A stretch of 64,000 nucleotides of DNA from Blastocystis sp. Blastoise (taxonomy: Eukaryota > Protista > Bigyra: Opalinata): contig JBBPEB010000004.1 in the NCBI GenBank assembly GCA_039096225.1, positions 124,001 through 188,000 of the forward strand, read 5' to 3'. Under the pieces are notes generated by a model. That model saw only the letters and a program-made list of their open reading frames with translations, searched no databases and was not told the DNA's origin. The stretch's first letter is position 1. Every line of letters starts with the position of its first letter. The position numbers were made by a program, and so were the translations under genes. Of the stretch, positions 51,917-64,000 are shown piece after piece.

Positions 51917-53410
51917 ATGGGTATTCCTAAGTTTTACAGATGGTTATCTGAGAGATATCCTTTAATTAATGAAAAAGTCTCAGATACTGAATACTTACCT
52001 GCTGTTGATGGTTTATATCTTGATTTGAATAGTGTTATTCATAATGCAACACATAAGAAGGATGGTCTAGCTGTTACTAAATCTCCTGAAGATGTAGCTC
52101 AAGATTTATTTAATTACATTGATCACATTGTAATTACTATTAAGCCTTTGAAGACTTTATTCTTGGCTGTTGATGGTGTAGCTCCTAGAGCTAAAATGAA
52201 TCAGCAACGTTCAAGACGTTTTAAGTCTGCAAGTGAAAAAAAATTACAAGAAGATACTTTAGTGAGTTCTGGTATTCAGATTTCAGGTAGTACTTTTGAT
52301 ACAAATTGTATTACTCCTGGTACAGAGTTTATGGATGAAGTCGATCAATATTTTCGTTATTTAGTACATGCAAAAATGACTAACGATCATCTTTGGCAAA
52401 ATATTAATATTATTTATTCTGGACATGATGTACCTGGTGAAGGTGAACATAAGATTATGGCTTATTTACGTGATCAGTATAGTCGTCCTGATTATGATCC
52501 TAAACAACGTCATTGTATATATGGTCTAGATGCAGATCTTATTCTTCTCTCATTATCTCTTCATGATCCTAATGTTATTTTACTTCGTGAAGTTATTGAT
52601 TTTACTTTTTCAGGTAAAAAACATCAATTTGGTGGTGTTCCTGTTGAAGAAAAACAGAAAAAGAATTATGATGTATATATTAGTATTATATATATATTTT
52701 TATTAAGTATATTTATGATATATATAGTAATAATATAAAAATAATTATATATTTATAATATTTTATATTCTATATGTTTATTAGTTCTATATATATTGTT
52801 TTTCTATTTCTTATTATATATTATTCTATATTCTTATTATATATGATAGTCTACATGGGATATATTTCATTTAAGCGTTCTTCGTGAATATTTAAAAATT
52901 GAATTAAAACCACAAGAGCCAATAGAATGGATGAATGAAGAAAAATTATTGGATGATTTTATTTTCTTAATGATTTTTAGTGGTAATGATTTTATGCCTC
53001 AATTACCTTCTTTAGATATTAATGAAAATAGTGTACAAATGTTTATTGATTTATATAGGTATATATATGTTGTTATTATGTGTATTATTATGTTTATTAT
53101 TATTATATTTATTTATTTTTATTATGTTTATTATTATTATGTTTATTTTTTTTGTTTATTTTTATTTTATACTTGAGAATTTTATTATAATAGTATATAA
53201 TAGTATATAATAATATATAATAATATATAATAGTATATAAATATAGATGTTTATTAAAAGACATGGGAGGGTTTTTAGTAGAGGATGCTAAGCCTGTTCC
53301 TACCCGTTTACGAATGATATTACATACTCTTGGAACTAATGAAGAAGATGTATATATGCATTCAGCTTTGAAGAATAAAGGGAATCAAACTGTTGATAAA
53401 CCATTAGATG

Positions 53411-53442
<32 letters not shown>

Positions 53443-54954
53443 ATATTATATATTATATATATTATATTTTATTATTATTATTATTAATATATTTATTATA
53501 TTTATTATATTTATTATATTTATTATATTTATTATATTTAAAATTAATAAACATATTAATTACAATATTTTTATAGAATGCTACTTACGAAGAGATGCGT
53601 CATAATGTGACCCCCAGGGATCTTCCAATCATTCGTTCACAAGAACAAATCGAATCTACTTTGATTCCCCTTGGTAAAAATACATTTAAATATCAATATT
53701 ATCTGAATAAATTTAATCTTATGCCTGGTATATATATAATATATATATATATAATTATAATGTAGTTATATATATATATATATATATATATAGATGATGG
53801 AGAGATGTTAGATACTATATGTACTAATTATTATGAAGGTTTATGTTGGGTAATGCAATATTATTATAGAGATATACCTTCTTGGATTTGGTATTATCAT
53901 TATCATTATGCTCCATTTGCTAGTGATATTATGAATGTTATGGAGTATATATATATATATATATATATATAATATCCTTGAATATTATATATTTATAATT
54001 ATAATAAACATTATGATTTTTTTCTAGTGCTGAAGTTCATTTTACCGTGGGAAAGCCATTCTTTCCTTTTACTCAACAATTAGGTTGTTTACCTCCTCTT
54101 TCAGCTTCTCTCCTTCCTTCTTCTTATCGTCCGTTAATGTTAGACCCTCAATCCCCCGTACATCAATATTATCCAATCACATTCCGAGTAGATATGAACG
54201 GAAAAACAAATGATTGGGAAGGAATCGCGGTTATTCCATTTATTGATGAAACATTATTATTAGAAGCTATTGATCAATATCATTGTAATGAAAAACTTAC
54301 TGAAAAAGAACAATCTAGAAATCATTTTGGTCATGCTGTTTTATATACTTATGATATTAATACATCTTATGAATATAAATCACCTTTAAATACAAATATA
54401 TATGTTAATATTCATAATTGTCATTGTAAAGAAGAACCTTTTACTATATTATCTCCTCAAAAGAATCAAGAAGATGCCTATTTAATTACAGACCATCTTC
54501 TCCCTAACACACCTTCTATCTATAATCTTAATTTTACTTATGAACGTGAAATGATTAGTCTTACTACTATGGGAAGAAAGAGTAAGAAAAACACACTTGT
54601 CTTAACTGTATATATATTATATATATATAATGTATATTATAATATTATTACTTTCATTTTCAGATTAACTTGATTATTTATTATTTTTATACTATTTGTT
54701 TTTCTTAATTATAATATTGTTATATTTTATATAATATTATCATTTTATTGTTTTTTTTATTATATATATATAGATAAAGTCTCCATTTTCGAATTCAAAA
54801 TTTACAAAAGAGAATTATGAGAAGATTGCGCAATTATTATTAAATCATACATGCTGGTATGGATATCCTCATAAACGTACCGCTACTATTATTGGCGCCA
54901 TTGTCGATGATGTATATATTGAAATGAAAAAAGAAGAGACTAATAATAATAAAG

Positions 54955-54986
<32 letters not shown>

Positions 54987-55721
54987 TTTTTATTATTATT
55001 ATTATATATTTATTATTATTATCATATATAGAATATATCTTGTATAACCCGTCCGTGTACTCCTCAAGAATTATCTTCGAAGACATTTATAATTGAATGG
55101 TATAAAACGAATTGTTTAACAGGGAAATCAGGTGCTCTTGGATATGGTGGCGTCCGTATTCCTGAAATACATATTATACTTAAATTATCACCTTTAGTTA
55201 CTTTTAAACGTGATGTTACTACGGGGATTTGTGAACGAATCTTTAGTACTTCTTCTATATTATATCCTATAGATCTTGTCTTATTTGATAATAAAAACTT
55301 ACCTACAGAATTAAATGAATGTAACCCTGTTGCTATTAGTGAATTATATAAACAAGGAATGGAATTTATATATTTAGGAAGTGGTTTATGTGAGAATCGA
55401 CCTTTATTTGGTTGTAAGGGCATAGTTAATAGTACAAATAATAAATTAATTGATGCTACTCTAATGGTACCCAAGAAAGAAGCACCTTTTGGGAAAAATA
55501 TTGTAAATACTTTAAATAAAGAAGAAGAACAATATTATGACTTAAAAACAGCTTCTGCTATGCTGAATCTTCCTGAAAATGTTGTATTTACCATATGTGG
55601 TAAATATATTATTGATTCACAAGCGAATTTAGGGCTCAATTTCTGGAAAGACCAAGAACAACTTACTCTTAGTGGTATATATATTATTTATTTATTTATT
55701 TATCTATTTATTTATTTATTT

Positions 55722-55773
<52 letters not shown>

Positions 55774-57083
55774 TTTTTTTATTTAACTTTTTATGATTAT
55801 TGCTATTATATTATTTTATTAATTTATTATTATATTAATTAATTATTATTCTATAATAAAAATAATAATAATTATTATTATAATATATATATATAGATTA
55901 TGCTCGTGGTTATACAACAACTTCTTCTTCTACATGGCGTTTTGCAGATAAATTTAATGAAATCCCAACTATATATGCATTAGCATTTAAAGAAGAAAGA
56001 CCACAAAATGGAAATAGCCGTAGAAGTCCACGACCCATGGAAAATGATCAAAACCCTCCAACTATATATCAGATAAGTGAGAAAGCCATGAAAGTTATTA
56101 AAGAATATCAATCACAATATCCTGATTTATTTGTCAGCATGATTCAGACAAATTGTTCAACTCATGGAGATGATATTTTTGATACTAATGTATACTGAAT
56201 TTATTATATTATGTTTATTATATTTATTTTTTTATTTATTTATTTTTAGTTTCTTTTATTAAAACTATAGTAAAATGACATATTAAGATTAATATTTTCT
56301 TTACAGTTTTTTAATAATAATAATTATTATATATTAATATAGGCAAGAGACCAGAGAGATGCTCTTAAAGCTTATGTGAATTCCCTTCCTATATATACAC
56401 ATAGTTATATACCTGTTAATGCAGAAATACTTAATAATAATGCTATTGATGCAATTCAAACTGCCTGTATATATATATATATCATTTTTTTATTTATCTT
56501 TTCTTTTATAATAAATAATTAATAGAATATAAATACATAAACTATATAGCATCAACAATATATACTACAAATCAAACTGCATCTGATGCTTATATAAAAG
56601 TTCATATTCAATGTTATCCCGATCAAATATTCCTTTCTCATTATGATCCATGGGTTGTTTATCCCCAAGAAAAAACACCAAATGTCCCTTGTCTTGGTCA
56701 AAGAATCGTGAATATCCGCCATGGAGATAGTTCTTATGGTGAACGTGCTACTATTATTGGTATATATGAAGAAAGAAAAGAAGTTGTAGTTTTATTTGAT
56801 GCCCCCTTTATCGGAAATGATGATTTTGATGGCCGATGTGCTTCTTGCCGTGCTAGGTATATATCTATAGGAATAGATATAAATATATTTTATAAGAATT
56901 AAATATATATAATTATATATATATATATATAGAATATAATTAATTATTATAATCATAATCTTAAAAATTCTTTATGTTTTTATATATTTATTATATAGTA
57001 CTATAAGTTGGCTTTATTGTATATTATTAGAACCTGATTGTGCTGTTAAACCAACACCAAAACTAATTGAACGAATCTTATAA
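51917..57083 (+). CDS. XRN1: 5'-3' exoribonuclease 1; multi-exon
   Basis: MGIPKFYRWLSERYP, LYLDLNSVIH, DGVAPRAKMNQQRSRRF, NCITPGTEFM, VPGEGEHKI, GLDADL, GNDFMP, YHYAPF, DMNGKTNDWEG. C-terminal SH3-like region LGQRIVN...GERATIIG, typical of XRN1 rather than XRN2. Confidence 0.94.
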
Positions 57084-57671
57084 ATATTATTTTATATATA
57101 ATAATAATATATATCTTTTTTTTGCTGTTATTAACAGTTTTTTTTTGTTTTCTTCAATTCATGTAATGTTATATTGTTGTTCATATTATGTTTTAAAACT
57201 AAACATATTTTGGCAGTATTTATTGATTTTTTATTAGCTACAGGAGTAGAACTCTTTATTTTATCATGAATAAAATGTGGAAAGTGTTTCTTATTATTCT
57301 TTTAACGAAAAGTGGACACATTTTGATATATGACTTGTCGAATTCATGTTCTATATCAATCTTCTTATATAAATAACTCTTCTAATGATTCTCAATATAA
57401 ATAGAGAATATATATAAGAAATATGGTGAAGGTTTTGTCATCAATACTTATAATGTACATAAATCTGATTGTATTTGTTTTCTTCTTGATCTTAGAGACA
57501 TTTTATATATATTCACAATGTTGTTTTATTAAAAACAATACACCTTTTTTAATTGGTACACAAATAAAAATGGTATTCATTGTTATTTCATTATTTACTC
57601 TCAGAACTCGAAGATTTCCATGAAATTATTTTGATTCATAATTTTTTGTTTTTTATTTTTGTTGTGGTTTT

Positions 57672-59464
<1,793 letters not shown>

Positions 59465-59468
59465 TTCC

Positions 59469-59532
<64 letters not shown>

Positions 59533-59744
59533 TTTAAAGGTTTTCTATTGTTCAATGGATCTTTTTATATGATCTATTATGCTAACACTCTTTGTATATT
59601 ATTTTTTTCTACTTCTTTTCTTTTCTTGTTATTCTGTGATCGATATTCCTTTGTATTCATAGTTTTGTGTTATTCTTTTATTAAAAGAAATTATTATATA
59701 TAAAACAACAACAATAAGAATAACAATATAAAAACATTTTTATA

Positions 59745-62804
<3,060 letters not shown>

Positions 62805-63728
62805 AACATAAACTTTATTTTATTAAAAATATATTTCAAAAACTAAAGAATTCAATAGAAAAAAATAATTTTTTGTTTGTTTTTTCTACAATACTTTTCT
62901 TTTTATTTTATTTAATATTCTTTTTTATAGGCATATTGTTTGTTAGTAAAAACAACTATTGATATTGTTTCTTGAAGGTTAGTCGATATATCCCGATGTT
63001 TGATAATTATTGTGTCATCATGTCTTCTTTTATTATTTTAACGATATAATAAAACAGTATGAGAATTGAGAACATACGTACAATGATCTGTTTTTATGTC
63101 TAGTTTGAATATTCAAGTGATGAGAGACTAGTTTGTATACTATTTACTAAAAGAGATCAAAATCATATATTGTATTTCTTTAGTAAATAAAAGATATTAA
63201 TAATTAATTCAATCAAGCTGACTTTTTGGAGTTGACTTTTAGTACTGTTGTCTTTTACTAAATTTTTTTGGCATTCTTACAATGTATTATGATGCTAACA
63301 GTAAACGAATATAATTTTGACATTAAAAAAGACTAGTTTGTTAACTTTGATAAAGAGATCACCGAAAATAATTCACTATTAAGTATCATTATTCTTGAGA
63401 TATTACCCATCGATGAGTAGAAATTTATATATATGTGAGAGGGGTTTATATACAATAAGACTCTATTAAAGTTGGGAGTATTGTTAAATTAAAATAAGAA
63501 AAAACATCCTCAATTTTTTGTTTGTGTTCAGACTACTAAAACGTTCCAAAAAAAAAATTTTTTTTTTATGAATCTTTTGATTTTCTCGGTTTTATAGGAA
63601 GTAAAATACACGGTAATATAGTGAGTAATCGAGGTGAATAATTTACTAAAAACTTTTTTGATGAATACTTGGGTTTTTTATGATTTCATTTTCAGTCATA
63701 AATTATTTAAATCTTCTTTAAAGAATAA

Positions 63729-64000
63729 ATGTCCGGTGAATGTAATTGCTATAATATTCTATACTCTACTATTCTATTGATTAATTCTTTTTTATTAATT
63801 CAAATATTTATTGGTATTTGTCTTTAGCTGATGATTCGTATCACTCGTCCAACGACAGTGACTCTGAATATCTTGAGAATGATAAGAATAGCAGAGGCAA
63901 CACTTCTGTGAATGTAACAAAAGTCTTAGGACCTTTTGTAGACAAACAATTACTTGAAGATCCTTCAAAACAACTTGAATATAGGAAACAAATATACTCT
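63729..64000 (+). CDS. 5' end of an unidentified gene, truncated by the window
   Basis: ATGTCCGGTGAAT, then GTAATT...TTTAG intron, then an open frame SDDSYHSSNDSDSEYLEND...YRKQIYS running to the window end. Confidence 0.55.

Overview
Very AT-rich, intron-rich eukaryotic DNA with GT-AG introns full of (TA)n/(TAT)n/(TATT)n tracts. The gene content (a Helicobacter-type cholesterol alpha-glucosyltransferase, He_PIG/jelly-roll surface proteins) suggests a Blastocystis-like gut stramenopile; this is inference. Host genes: ODC (partial), V-ATPase c'', PRP40, three type-I membrane surface proteins, CGT-like GT4, USP14/UBP6, dyskerin, DAD1, PIG-X-like, XRN1, a GNPTG-like MRH protein, an SPRTN-type protease, and one gene cut by the window end. 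The main discovery is a 16.2-kb cargo-carrying hAT DNA transposon (15762-31974). It is bounded by CAGGG...CCCTG termini, an exact 8-bp target-site duplication (ATTGGTTG) and a perfect 15-bp subterminal inverted repeat. It encodes an intact Buster/Charlie-like transposase with two large in-frame insertions. It also carries a decayed, intron-containing internal fragment of UTP20, other decayed sequence, and two tandem tRNA-sized Pol III-like units (A box, B box, oligo-T) that do not fold as cloverleaves. It sits about 120 bp upstream of the bacterial-type CGT gene. A GC-rich palindrome, (T)TCCC(G/A)CGGGAA, is also strongly over-represented, even inside exons. All gene models were read by eye and none was checked computationally.
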